Of a stretch of 64,000 nucleotides of DNA, positions 8,783-18,486 are shown one piece after another; positions within the stretch are counted from its first letter, which is position 1; each line of letters opens with the position of its first letter. Origin of the DNA: a phage; assembly GCA_019897865.1 (NCBI GenBank), contig GCA_019897865.1_4532.1; one strand, written 5' to 3'. The notes beneath the pieces were generated by a model. It had not been told where the DNA came from. It saw only the letters and a program-made list of their open reading frames with translations, and searched no databases. The position numbers and the translations under genes were made by a program.

Positions 8783-9670
8783 ATGTCCGTAATTAATACT
8801 GAAACTGATCGTAAAGGCAAAACCGTAACTTATGCAACTGGTATCGTAGACTACGTTAAACTGGATAAATTCGCTGAACCTAAAACTTTTCATTGGGAAG
8901 GAAAAACGATTGTTTCAACTCACCGAGCCTCTCTTGTTCTGAAAGAGAAAGGTGCTAAACCAGATGAGAAAGGTGTTTGGATTTCTCTTGGTGACATTGA
9001 ACTGAAAGAAGGTTATGAAAACCTGCAAGTCAAAGAAGGTGATAATTGGATCACTATTGAAAAAGGTGTAGAAGTAAGTATTGATATTGATCGCGTTGAT
9101 AATAAAGGCGGTAAAACTTACTACAATACTAAAAAATCTCGTATTACAGTATTGTCTACCGATGGTGTTCAGAAGTCTAACAAATCTTCTGGCAATAAAG
9201 GTTCCAACGATGCTGCTCCTAAGCAGTCCTATAAAAAACGTGATACTGTAGGTCTGGAAACTGGTCACGCAGTAAATGGTGCACTGGAACTGATTCGTAA
9301 TGGTGTTAAAGGCGATGCTTTCGATATCGCTGGGGTTGTTCAATCTGCAACTGTCACGCTGAAATCTGAAATTGCTGAATCTCGTGGCGTTGATATTAAT
9401 GATTATGATCTTGGGGCATCTGTTGGTCACGCTATTCTCAATGCTTGTAAAGACCATACCATTAAGACTGTCTCTGTAGAAGATCTGATTGAGTCTGCTC
9501 GTAAAGTTCTGGCTCTGTCTGATAAAGTTGCTGCTGCCATTCGTGGTTCCGCAGAACAGCCTAAGAAAGAAGAGAAGAAAGAAGTTAAGAAACCTGAACC
9601 ACAACCAGAACCAACTCCAAGTAATCAAGAAGAACCTCCAATGGACTTCGACGATGATATTCCATTCTGA
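8783..9670 (+). CDS. ssb: Single-stranded DNA-binding protein
   Basis: 295 aa ending ...MDFDDDIPF, identical in form to the bacterial SSB C-terminal protein-interaction tip, preceded by a Pro/Glu-rich linker. Confidence 0.7.
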   Translation: MSVINTETDRKGKTVTYATGIVDYVKLDKFAEPKTFHWEGKTIVSTHRASLVLKEKGAKPDEKGVWISLGDIELKEGYENLQVKEGDNWITIEKGVEVSIDIDRVDNKGGKTYYNTKKSRITVLSTDGVQKSNKSSGNKGSNDAAPKQSYKKRDTVGLETGHAVNGALELIRNGVKGDAFDIAGVVQSATVTLKSEIAESRGVDINDYDLGASVGHAILNACKDHTIKTVSVEDLIESARKVLALSDKVAAAIRGSAEQPKKEEKKEVKKPEPQPEPTPSNQEEPPMDFDDDIPF

Positions 9671-9700
9671 TCTTATTGATTTATAAAGAGTTTTTTATAA

Positions 9701-9736
9701 AAGAAAAGGGAACCTTTGCGGGTTCCCTTTTTTATT
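9701..9736. terminator. Bidirectional rho-independent terminator between convergent operons
   Basis: GGGAACC-TTTGCG-GGTTCCC hairpin flanked by A-run upstream and TTTTTTATT downstream; separates + strand SSB from the - strand tail-fiber operon. Confidence 0.65.
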
Positions 9737-12410
9737 AGTCGTAATATTTCAAACCTGTAATGAACTTCGATCCCCAATCCGCACTTGCGGCGGTGAACGT
9801 CAACATCCAAGTTGTAGCTGTACCAGTGAAGACCTCTCGTTGCACAGTACCATCAGTGTGGTAAATGTCCACGCCAGTATGTCCATTCTTAGGAATAGTG
9901 AAGGTAACAGCACTGGTAGTGTCTCGTGCATAAGAACAAACAAATGGTGTCCCCGCCCAAACTGGATTTGTCATATCACCCATCTCAAGCTGTGGAACCC
10001 AAGCAATAAGACCTGCCGTACCATCTCCTGCGAAAGTGTCTGATCCACTTGCATTCAAAGCTATAATCTCATAGGTTATAGATGCTTGTTTGGCAACTGT
10101 CACTTTGTGTAGAATTACACGATACCAACCATTCCCCATATCGATTATGTTTGCATCTGCACCTGTAAATGTTCCAGCTACAAGATCATAAGTCCCTTCG
10201 TTAATCTCATCTCCTGAAGTCAATTTGAGTTTCACTTTAGTGATCCCGTCTGGCTTCAAGAATACGGATGCCGCCCAGTGCTTACCTGCTGTAATATCAG
10301 AAGCTGTATTCACTGCTGATAAAATATGTTGTCCTGAAGTTGTAGAAGGTGTTAACTTGTAAGTGTTAGCCGTAGTTCCAACCGGAGAGTTGATTGTTGA
10401 TGCTGTGACTGTCAAGTTCGTCTTCAACCACGGGGAAGCTGTTGTCAAGTTATTGTTGATAAAGATATGTGTACGGTTGGCTGCTACAACACGTCTACCT
10501 TGTGGAGTTGTACCAACATATTCTAAAGGTGCTACGGGAGCAGAACTCTCTGTAGGTACAAGGATATCTCCAGAAGCCCTGGCATAACGGTTACTCCTAT
10601 TGACCTTTACATCCGTTGGAATAGTTTCTTGCGTCAAATCATAGTCCATCACAATCACCACAGCATTCACTGCGAGATAAGAACTATCTTCGGCAGTTAC
10701 CACACCTTGATAAGTTGCTCTACAACCGATACGACAATCCCCATCAGCAACCGCTGTAATAACGCCTGTAACGGGGTCAACTGTTGCTACCGTAGGGTCA
10801 TTAGAGAAATACTCAACAACCATACCAGGTAAGCTTGCTGCTCCTGTTGGTGTTATTTCTGCTACCATTGTTTGTGTTGTTCCTACATCCATCGCAGATA
10901 AGCTAGGGGTGTAAACGCTCAATGTTGAAGCATATCCTCCAGAGGTATCTGATAAAGTTGTTCCTTCAGCGTTTAAGGCTGTCATACCTGCATCAAAACC
11001 ACCTTCTGCATGGAAAGTCATTAAACCAGTAGATGATATTGTCATGTTTGCAGGGGCAGAAGAAGTGTATTTAATATTGAAAAGTTTACCTCCTTCTGGT
11101 CTAACAGAATGTGTCAACTGTTTAGTTCCACCTACAATACAAATTCCTAAAGAATCTGTAGTTAAGCCAGTTGCCAGAATATCGCCCGTAATCACGGAGC
11201 TTGCTATTGGTGTGAATTTATTATAGTTTAGACCACTATTGAACAGATACGAGGCTTTCCCATCTTTCCAAATACCGGAATAATACATATCTCCATTATA
11301 AACGAAAAAGGTTCCTTGATAACCTAATTGGTTAGTAACATCCATATTCAGCGTATGAACGCTTGTGAGCTTGTTTATATCCCAAGAACCCACTCCTTCA
11401 GGTTTAACTGGTTTTCCCACTTGGAGTGGATCTCCGCTCGCAGAATCATACCCCAAACCTAAGTTTGCAGTGTAGTTCTTACCAATAGCCCACAAGGAAT
11501 TATTGATCCCAACGAAAAAAGAGTGGCGGCTTGGTGGAAACTTCCATGTTGAGAAACCTGCTGCAAAGGTATCCAGTTTAGTGTAGGTTGTTTCTGTATT
11601 AGATCTAACATATAAGTAGTTTACTGTACCCGTGCCACCGGAGGTATCTCCTACAACTATTGTCTGGGAAACTGTATTGATGTAATCTTTGACATACACT
11701 GTTTCAGTAGCGGATATCTTGGCATTGACAAAAGCTGTTGTTGTGTTATTATTACCTGCTAAACCTTTACTAGCTCCACAAACACGCAAGGTTCCCACAT
11801 TGTTGACATAAGAACATTGGTTGTAACCTGCATCAAAAGCAACTGCTGCACTTGTTATCTGACGAGGAGTAGAAACTTCGTTAGTAGTACTTGCACCTAA
11901 ACTACCTACTGTGTTTTGACCTGATCCATAAAGAACACCACTATTCATTAACCAGAGAGTATTGTTATATCCTCCCTTAACCTCTTTAAGATTAGCTAAA
12001 GAGATAGTCCCTGTTATTACAGATGGAAAGCTGGTCCAAGTAGTTACACATGCGTCCGTACCACCTGCTGCTATAGATCCTACCAATCCTGCTGTCAATC
12101 CTGAATATTGCCATCCTCCACTGTTAGTTTTAATAACAAAACAACGATCTGCGGTAAACACATCCGCTACTACAGTAGAAGCTAAGTGGAAATTATTGAA
12201 TCGTGCACTACGAGTTCCATCTGCAATCTCACCAAAAAGGTTTGCGCCTTGAGTAAACAATCTACCATCATTAAGCAAAATTGCTAAACTGCTATTAGAA
12301 TTACCAGCATTATCTGGGTAATCTAAAGTGATTACTTTTTTAACAATACCTGCTGGCAGAGGAACGACACCAGTGCTGGTCATAATAGTAAATATTGGAA
12401 TTGGAAACAT
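9735..12410 (-). CDS. Tail fiber protein with bacterial Ig-like (Big_2-type) domain
   Basis: 891 aa, Gly/Thr/Ser/Asn-rich; segment DPTVATVDPVTGVITAVADGDCRIG... resembles Big_2; last gene of the - strand structural operon. Confidence 0.65.
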   Translation of the reverse strand: MFPIPIFTIMTSTGVVPLPAGIVKKVITLDYPDNAGNSNSSLAILLNDGRLFTQGANLFGEIADGTRSARFNNFHLASTVVADVFTADRCFVIKTNSGGWQYSGLTAGLVGSIAAGGTDACVTTWTSFPSVITGTISLANLKEVKGGYNNTLWLMNSGVLYGSGQNTVGSLGASTTNEVSTPRQITSAAVAFDAGYNQCSYVNNVGTLRVCGASKGLAGNNNTTTAFVNAKISATETVYVKDYINTVSQTIVVGDTSGGTGTVNYLYVRSNTETTYTKLDTFAAGFSTWKFPPSRHSFFVGINNSLWAIGKNYTANLGLGYDSASGDPLQVGKPVKPEGVGSWDINKLTSVHTLNMDVTNQLGYQGTFFVYNGDMYYSGIWKDGKASYLFNSGLNYNKFTPIASSVITGDILATGLTTDSLGICIVGGTKQLTHSVRPEGGKLFNIKYTSSAPANMTISSTGLMTFHAEGGFDAGMTALNAEGTTLSDTSGGYASTLSVYTPSLSAMDVGTTQTMVAEITPTGAASLPGMVVEYFSNDPTVATVDPVTGVITAVADGDCRIGCRATYQGVVTAEDSSYLAVNAVVIVMDYDLTQETIPTDVKVNRSNRYARASGDILVPTESSAPVAPLEYVGTTPQGRRVVAANRTHIFINNNLTTASPWLKTNLTVTASTINSPVGTTANTYKLTPSTTSGQHILSAVNTASDITAGKHWAASVFLKPDGITKVKLKLTSGDEINEGTYDLVAGTFTGADANIIDMGNGWYRVILHKVTVAKQASITYEIIALNASGSDTFAGDGTAGLIAWVPQLEMGDMTNPVWAGTPFVCSYARDTTSAVTFTIPKNGHTGVDIYHTDGTVQREVFTGTATTWMLTFTAASADWGSKFITGLKYYD

Positions 12411-12423
12411 TTAAACCCTCCAT

Positions 12424-12447
12424 AAAAAGAAAGCCCCTTTCGGGGCT
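12424..12447 (-). terminator. Terminator-like hairpin downstream of collagen-like fiber gene
   Basis: AGCCCC-TTTC-GGGGCT; on the - strand followed by TTCTTTTTT. Confidence 0.5.
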
Positions 12448-12451
12448 TCTG

Positions 12452-14476
12452 TTATCGTGTTACAACAACCATGTCCACGATATCACCCACACCAGGATAC
12501 GTTAATTGCAAAATTGTTACTGCGTTAGCAGTAGTTGCTATTTCTGTATCATTTAGTGCTCCATAAGACGCATCTAGTGTAACCGTGTGTCCCGTTGTAT
12601 CTTGAATCAAATAAATCATTGCTGAAAACGCTTTAGGTTTTGTAGAGCCAGTGACACCAGGCCATGCTCCAACTGTCAGAGCGTCAGTTACTGTAACAAC
12701 ATACATATTGGAAGTTCCAGAAGGAGTCCAAGATGCTCCAGAGTTGGCAGTAGTTGTTTCAAGTTCCATGAAACCTGCTGTAACTCTAGTTGGTGTTATA
12801 GCTTCCGTAGGATCTGATCCGGATATTTCGATCCAATTTCCATCAGACCTACCATACGTCAAGCCGTCTTGAGGGGCTTCTGGTATACTAGGAAGAGTGC
12901 CTATAAGCGTCCACGTAGAAGAATCTGTTTTCTTAAACACTGCTCCAGTGGTAGTATTGAAGGCGTAATCATTGATAACACCGTCTCCTGCGACTGGATT
13001 AGTTGTTGCTACAAACCACTGTGCGCCGTCCTTACCGTTGGTCCCATCAGTACCGTTGGTTCCGTTTGTTCCAGGATCACCCTTATCTCCTTTATCCCCT
13101 TTTTCACCTTTGTCGCCTTTAATACTTCCCATGTCAACAAAAGATGCGGAATTGGTGTCTTGATCGTAGGTATAGATGTAAAGATTACTAGTGTCTTCAG
13201 TTAAATAGGCATCACCGTAGTTATTATAAACAGGGAGAGCTTCACTGTTCGGAACATGACCTTTAGCTGTAATTGATGTTCCTCCAAGACTGCCAACATT
13301 CATCCATTCCGTAGCATCTTGAACCCAAACATACAAATCATTATTAATTTTATATGCATCACCTACTTCTCCAGTAGGAGGAAGTTCAGCTTCGCTGTTC
13401 AGAACCCCGATAATCTCTAAACCTGATCCTGTTGCACCCACTGGTCCTTGTGGACCTAGTTCACCTTGTGGACCTCGCTCTCCTTGATCACCCTTGTCTC
13501 CTTTTGGACCTTTAAGTGAGGCAATAAAATCTACTTCTGTCCCTTCATTACCAGCATCCAGCCAACTTTGATATGCAGATTTCCCTTCATCTCCATCTGT
13601 TCCATCTAGACCGTCTTTTCCTGCCTCGCCTTGTGGACCTTGAGGACCAACAATATTACCCATGTTGACCCAAGCTGTCCCATTAGAGACATAAAGATTA
13701 CCATTGATAGAATAAGCTTGGCTTACGTTTTCAGAGTTAGGTTGTGGTAAGTTACTTGTAGAAGGCAAATCTCCACGATAATCAAAACCGTTGGCGTTAA
13801 CACCAGGTGCTCCCTGTGGCCCTGTAGGACCAACATCGCCTTTATCACCTTTTATAGAGGTAAGGAAATCATAAACAGATCCTGTATTACCATCTGCCAA
13901 CCATACCTCGTAAGCTGATTTACCTTCTGGCCCAAGAGAAGAAATAAGTTTCCAAACAGAACCATCCCAAGCGTAGATTACATCACCTACGATATAACCA
14001 TCCCCTGCAACGTTACCTGTGGATGGTAGTTCACTAGTGCTTGCTAATGATCCTTTAATATTAAGTTGAGCACCAGTATCCCCTTTCAAAGAGGCAAGCC
14101 ACTGTGCTTCTGTTCCAACAAAACCATTATCAAGTGCGATCTGATAAGCCGATTTACCAGCTTCAGGTATTGTTTCCGACAGATCATCAATCTGTTGCTG
14201 CATTGCCGTAAACTTGGCATTGATAATTGCTATATCATCAGCGGTCCCAACACTTTGCCATGCAAGGGAAGAAATACCACCTGTGGTGGCTGGCGTAGAG
14301 TTTGCTGGAACCACTTTAGGAAAAGTTCCTTTCCATTGGTAATAATTCCCTTCTGCTGCTAACAGCAAAACTTCACGGGAATTACGTAATGTAAAACCTG
14401 CCTCAAAGCTGCGACGTTTTCGATAAGTAGCTTCTACCAGATCGGCTATCGCACTATTAGGTCTTGTTAAATTCAT
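12452..14476 (-). CDS. Tail fiber protein with collagen-like G-X-Y triple-helix repeats
   Basis: 674 aa with several G-X-Y runs (GPQGPQGEAGKDGLDGTDG; KGPKGDKGDQGERGPQGELGPQGPVG; KGDKGEKGDKGDKGDPGTNGTNGTDG); N-terminal motif W.G.FPK...STP..TGG shared with two tailspikes. Confidence 0.75.
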   Translation of the reverse strand: MNLTRPNSAIADLVEATYRKRRSFEAGFTLRNSREVLLLAAEGNYYQWKGTFPKVVPANSTPATTGGISSLAWQSVGTADDIAIINAKFTAMQQQIDDLSETIPEAGKSAYQIALDNGFVGTEAQWLASLKGDTGAQLNIKGSLASTSELPSTGNVAGDGYIVGDVIYAWDGSVWKLISSLGPEGKSAYEVWLADGNTGSVYDFLTSIKGDKGDVGPTGPQGAPGVNANGFDYRGDLPSTSNLPQPNSENVSQAYSINGNLYVSNGTAWVNMGNIVGPQGPQGEAGKDGLDGTDGDEGKSAYQSWLDAGNEGTEVDFIASLKGPKGDKGDQGERGPQGELGPQGPVGATGSGLEIIGVLNSEAELPPTGEVGDAYKINNDLYVWVQDATEWMNVGSLGGTSITAKGHVPNSEALPVYNNYGDAYLTEDTSNLYIYTYDQDTNSASFVDMGSIKGDKGEKGDKGDKGDPGTNGTNGTDGTNGKDGAQWFVATTNPVAGDGVINDYAFNTTTGAVFKKTDSSTWTLIGTLPSIPEAPQDGLTYGRSDGNWIEISGSDPTEAITPTRVTAGFMELETTTANSGASWTPSGTSNMYVVTVTDALTVGAWPGVTGSTKPKAFSAMIYLIQDTTGHTVTLDASYGALNDTEIATTANAVTILQLTYPGVGDIVDMVVVTR

Positions 14477-14538
14477 TTATCTCTCCTATCATTAGACCAT
14501 TCTATTGGAAGAAGAGGGGGAATCCCCCCTCTATTCCA

Positions 14539-17500
14539 TTAGGTTGTTGGCACATCTACTACTGGCGTTGGGCGAATAACCGCAGTATTACCTACAGAAA
14601 CATTACTGGAATCATTAGGTATGGTTTTAATTCTAACTCCAGCACTTGTAGGCGTTACAATTGGATCTGCAATGTCTATTTTAACTGGGTTAGTCCACGT
14701 ATCATTATCTTGATAAGGTGCACGAGTAATAACTGTGTCCAAATCTGCTCCACCTACGCCAGCACCAGGAATACGGATACGTGTCCCTGCTGACAGAGGG
14801 TAATGATACAACCAAGAAGCATTTGTTGCTGTCCCGTTAGGAGTCAAGTTCTGTGTCAGGAAGGTATCTCCTGCCTGTGTAGCTCGAATACCGAAAGCTG
14901 GGATATCTGGAATATATGCCCCACTTGTTGTTACAAGGAAGAACGTATTATCCGCTTTGACTATCATATCACCTTTGTCAAACTCTTTCCCTGTTGGGAA
15001 ATGCATTCCATCAATGTTTCGACTAGGATTAGGCTCTAAGTAATAAACTTTGCCCGTTGTCCCTACAATAGCTCCAATACCACCTGCGATATTGGTATAC
15101 ATATTAGCTTCAACATTACAGTTGACACGATGAATATCCGAGTAACGGCAACGGCTCCACTGTGGACGACCAGTAACCATCGTCTTGCCATCTGGGTAAC
15201 AGTTTACGTTAACCATTTCAAGAACAGATTTTTCTCTACGGAAGAATCCATCATAAAATGTTCCTGGACCAGATTCAGGTTGACCAACACAATCGAAGAT
15301 ATTACAGGTGATGTTAGACATTGAAAGCCAAGAAGCTATACCGAACAACTGCAATGCAGCGCAACGAATATTTTCAAAGCTAACTCTGTTTTCATAACCT
15401 GGCCCAGCGGAAACTCCCGCAAAAACACGCCCAGTTTTGGTGTGAATGTTACGAACAGAATAGTTAAAACATGGGTTTGAAGGTCTACCCTGTGCCGGAA
15501 CTACCGGATTACCCTCTTCGTCCAGAACTGCGTTAGTTCCCCACTCCAAATAAATCATACGGATATTACTTGCAAGTGTGCTACCGTCTGTTTTAGGCTC
15601 TCCATAAACACCGTCAATCGTAAAATCTTTACTTCCATACATTACAACTGCGCCAGTTGCCAAACCTGTCCCAACAGATACGGTTTGATCTGGATCGCCA
15701 TGAATGTTTTCGATAGAAATATTACGACCAACTTCTACGTGGACAATCTGACGGCAACGTTTTGCAAAAACGTTACGAATTGTAATATTCTTGCAATATT
15801 GATCATCAGGGATTCCGTAACCATATGGTCCTTTACCAGCTACACCGATACCGATACCCCAGTTGGACAGAGGAATAGGAGCGTTAGTCCCATCGATATT
15901 AGACAGGTAAATATTCTCAATCACACAACCATCATCATAATGTTTATTGATGACATTCAGTTCTATCGCATCACCTTGCATGTCCATGAAGGTAAGGTTA
16001 CGGAAGACACCGCGTGTTACTGGTTCTCCTGTCCCTTGTTGAAGGATGCCATATAACCCGTTTTTAAAAGTACAATTATCAATTTCAAAAGTACCTGATA
16101 TTGGGTTGCCTTGGAATACCAAGCTACCAACTTGACCTGCGCGAGGAGCACCGTCCCACAAACAATCGAACATGCGCACAGCACCACCCCAATACATAAC
16201 ACGAGAGTTACGGAAAGTTGTGCCTTCTACTGTAGCATTCTGCACACGATAGTCGCGTTGACCACGGAACACACCACCACGCAAAGTGATACCTTGAATA
16301 TCAAAAGAGCTTGTCGTGAAAGTCATATCGCAACCGTAAGCATCGAGAATCTTACTTTTCGAAGCTTTTGCTGCTAACAGTGCCGCCTGGAAAGCTGCTT
16401 CTGGTGTGGTATAGGTAGTTGTATTGTTAGCAAATTCTGACAAGTAGACAACATCGAATAAATCGTTGTATGTTCCACCACGAGGGGTTAACAGTCCTTC
16501 CGTATTAGTTAGAACCCATGCGTTTGGACCTAATCCACCGCTTGTCTCTAACGTGTCAGAGGCCAAAATACTTTTTGGTAAACTTCCAGCCCAACGATAA
16601 CGACCAGCACCACGTCCAATCGTCTGATTTTTAGCTGTCAGAGTTACATTATTACCAAAGCTTGTAGGCAAATGAACAAACTGTCCACGTTCAACAGCTA
16701 ATGCAGAAAGATCTACAGATCCGCCAGAATAAGTCATTACTCCAGAAACAGACAAAGATGTTAAAGTCCCTGTGATGTTAGGAGGCAATGTGTAGGAAGA
16801 TTGTGCTACTGGATCATACAGAGCTTTAATCCCTGTTAATGATTGACCCGCTGTTGCGTAAGCTACTTCATCATCCAACAAACCGTATTTACGAGCAATA
16901 GTTTGTAAAGGTACTTTATCCATGCTTTCTGTCAGTTCTTCAGTTTTTGTTTCTAAACTGACAAGACGGTTCTCTAGATTAGGATCTGTATCTGCTGAAG
17001 CTACGATTTTACCAATATAAGCGAAAAGCTTGTTTGGCAGTCCTGTTGCAGGATCGTGTCCCAAAGGTTCAGATAAGATGATCTTACTATCTTCTATACG
17101 GAAAGCTTCCCCCAGAACCTGAATAACACCATTGATCGTAACAATAGCACTATCAAAGATGTAAGGAGGACTGATTACTGTTTCATAACCAGTTGCACCA
17201 GAATATACCCAAGGTGTGACTTCTGTTGCCAATTGTTCTGTCTTCAATCCCCACAATACCCAGTTGTTATCTCCTACTGGAGTACCTTGCATAGGGATTG
17301 GGTTTACCAATGTAGCATTAGGAGCATAATAATAACCGCTCAATACCCCATTCTGAAAATAACGTAGTTGGTTAAAAACTGTTTCGTTTGTGCCTTGCGC
17401 CCAATCCAATGGGCTTTTAAAGAAAAAGTTGTCAACAAGGGCTTTTCTCAGGGTTGGTATCAACCCTGATTCTGTTTCAATACTCTCTGTAGCACTTCCA

Positions 17501-17592
17501 TTAATAACATCATGGAGTTGGTTAGATGAGAAAATAACCAGGTCTACGCCCTGTTCGAGAGACGTTGCTGGATATGTTGGGAATGTTGCCAT
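14539..17592 (-). CDS. Tailspike protein (right-handed parallel beta-helix, putative polysaccharide depolymerase)
   Basis: 1017 aa; repetitive beta-helix-like segments (NCTFKNGLYGIL..., NLTFMDMQGDAIEL...); shares YRWAGSLPK...GG...NAWV motif with 22273..24543 and 12452..14476. Confidence 0.7.
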   Translation of the reverse strand: MATFPTYPATSLEQGVDLVIFSSNQLHDVINGSATESIETESGLIPTLRKALVDNFFFKSPLDWAQGTNETVFNQLRYFQNGVLSGYYYAPNATLVNPIPMQGTPVGDNNWVLWGLKTEQLATEVTPWVYSGATGYETVISPPYIFDSAIVTINGVIQVLGEAFRIEDSKIILSEPLGHDPATGLPNKLFAYIGKIVASADTDPNLENRLVSLETKTEELTESMDKVPLQTIARKYGLLDDEVAYATAGQSLTGIKALYDPVAQSSYTLPPNITGTLTSLSVSGVMTYSGGSVDLSALAVERGQFVHLPTSFGNNVTLTAKNQTIGRGAGRYRWAGSLPKSILASDTLETSGGLGPNAWVLTNTEGLLTPRGGTYNDLFDVVYLSEFANNTTTYTTPEAAFQAALLAAKASKSKILDAYGCDMTFTTSSFDIQGITLRGGVFRGQRDYRVQNATVEGTTFRNSRVMYWGGAVRMFDCLWDGAPRAGQVGSLVFQGNPISGTFEIDNCTFKNGLYGILQQGTGEPVTRGVFRNLTFMDMQGDAIELNVINKHYDDGCVIENIYLSNIDGTNAPIPLSNWGIGIGVAGKGPYGYGIPDDQYCKNITIRNVFAKRCRQIVHVEVGRNISIENIHGDPDQTVSVGTGLATGAVVMYGSKDFTIDGVYGEPKTDGSTLASNIRMIYLEWGTNAVLDEEGNPVVPAQGRPSNPCFNYSVRNIHTKTGRVFAGVSAGPGYENRVSFENIRCAALQLFGIASWLSMSNITCNIFDCVGQPESGPGTFYDGFFRREKSVLEMVNVNCYPDGKTMVTGRPQWSRCRYSDIHRVNCNVEANMYTNIAGGIGAIVGTTGKVYYLEPNPSRNIDGMHFPTGKEFDKGDMIVKADNTFFLVTTSGAYIPDIPAFGIRATQAGDTFLTQNLTPNGTATNASWLYHYPLSAGTRIRIPGAGVGGADLDTVITRAPYQDNDTWTNPVKIDIADPIVTPTSAGVRIKTIPNDSSNVSVGNTAVIRPTPVVDVPTT

Positions 17593-17595
17593 TAA

Positions 17596-17931
17596 TTACC
17601 CCTTATTCTGTGTACGTTTAACTATGTCATCTAGCATCATTTGGATAGTCGCATTCTTGAGGTCCATAATCTTTTCAATTTTTTGCTCAAGGGTGTTATT
17701 ATTTGCCATTAATGTAGAGTTAATTTGATTTAGCATCTGGGTAAGTTCGGCTTTAGTTGCATAAGTTGATTCAACAAAGACCAACTTCTTCTCTAGCTCT
17801 CGACTTTTCTCCTCCATTTCCTCAAGATCAGAGCCGAATTTATCCATTTTTTGTTTGAAAAAGAACCAGATGACTCCGATTAAAGGGATTATTGCATCCT
17901 TTGCAAGTCCCCATGCTTCTTGAAATTCCAT
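17596..17931 (-). CDS. Small membrane/coiled-coil protein (function unknown)
   Basis: 111 aa, N-terminal hydrophobic helix (IIPLIGVIWFFF) then charged coiled-coil. Confidence 0.4.
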   Translation of the reverse strand: MEFQEAWGLAKDAIIPLIGVIWFFFKQKMDKFGSDLEEMEEKSRELEKKLVFVESTYATKAELTQMLNQINSTLMANNNTLEQKIEKIMDLKNATIQMMLDDIVKRTQNKG

Positions 17932-17940
17932 AGTGATCCC

Positions 17941-18486
17941 TTATTCTGTCGGTAATGTAGGCCAATCTATAGCGTAAGGATAGTCTTTTTGAAGCGGAAC
18001 ACGATTTAGTTTAACTACATAAACTTGAAGATTTTTAAGATAAGCTAATTCGTCTTCAGTAGCCATTTCTAAATCTTTAGCATACTGTAAAGGTGTTATA
18101 AGTGCTACCGCTGTTTCTTGTAAAGAGCGAATTTTTGCACTAGCTTGTGTCATCAACTCTTCACGGGAATACTCTTTATTCTTAAGAGTTAAGGTTTCTA
18201 AATCCAGAACCTTGTTCCTAATATCCTCAAAAGTATCTATGTTAAAGTCTACTTGTGCTATAGAAAGATCTTCAGGGCAAAGTAGTGTAGGATCAGTATT
18301 CCAAAACACAATACGATTTTGATCATCAAAAACGACTTTCATTTTATCGTTATTGAATTCTGTGCTACGTAAATCATACCAATCGTAACCTTGATCGCAA
18401 CGAAGAAAAAGAATGTTCTCTGCTTCTACCAATTCTTTTAGTTCAGGGTCTTCAGGAATATATTTTTTAAAGTTTGTAAATATCAT
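17941..18486 (-). CDS. Putative tail fiber assembly protein (Tfa/P2 gpG-like, positional)
   Basis: 181 aa immediately downstream of a tail fiber gene; size and position match the P2 H-G arrangement. Confidence 0.4.
   Translation of the reverse strand: MIFTNFKKYIPEDPELKELVEAENILFLRCDQGYDWYDLRSTEFNNDKMKVVFDDQNRIVFWNTDPTLLCPEDLSIAQVDFNIDTFEDIRNKVLDLETLTLKNKEYSREELMTQASAKIRSLQETAVALITPLQYAKDLEMATEDELAYLKNLQVYVVKLNRVPLQKDYPYAIDWPTLPTE

Noticed and set aside
12972-13163. Repetitive nucleotide periodicity that could suggest a CRISPR-like or tandem repeat array.
   Set aside because: The repeats are the coding image of collagen-like G-X-Y triplets in the tail fiber gene (9-nt periodicity, imperfect), with no direct repeat/spacer architecture; no CRISPR array was found anywhere in the window.
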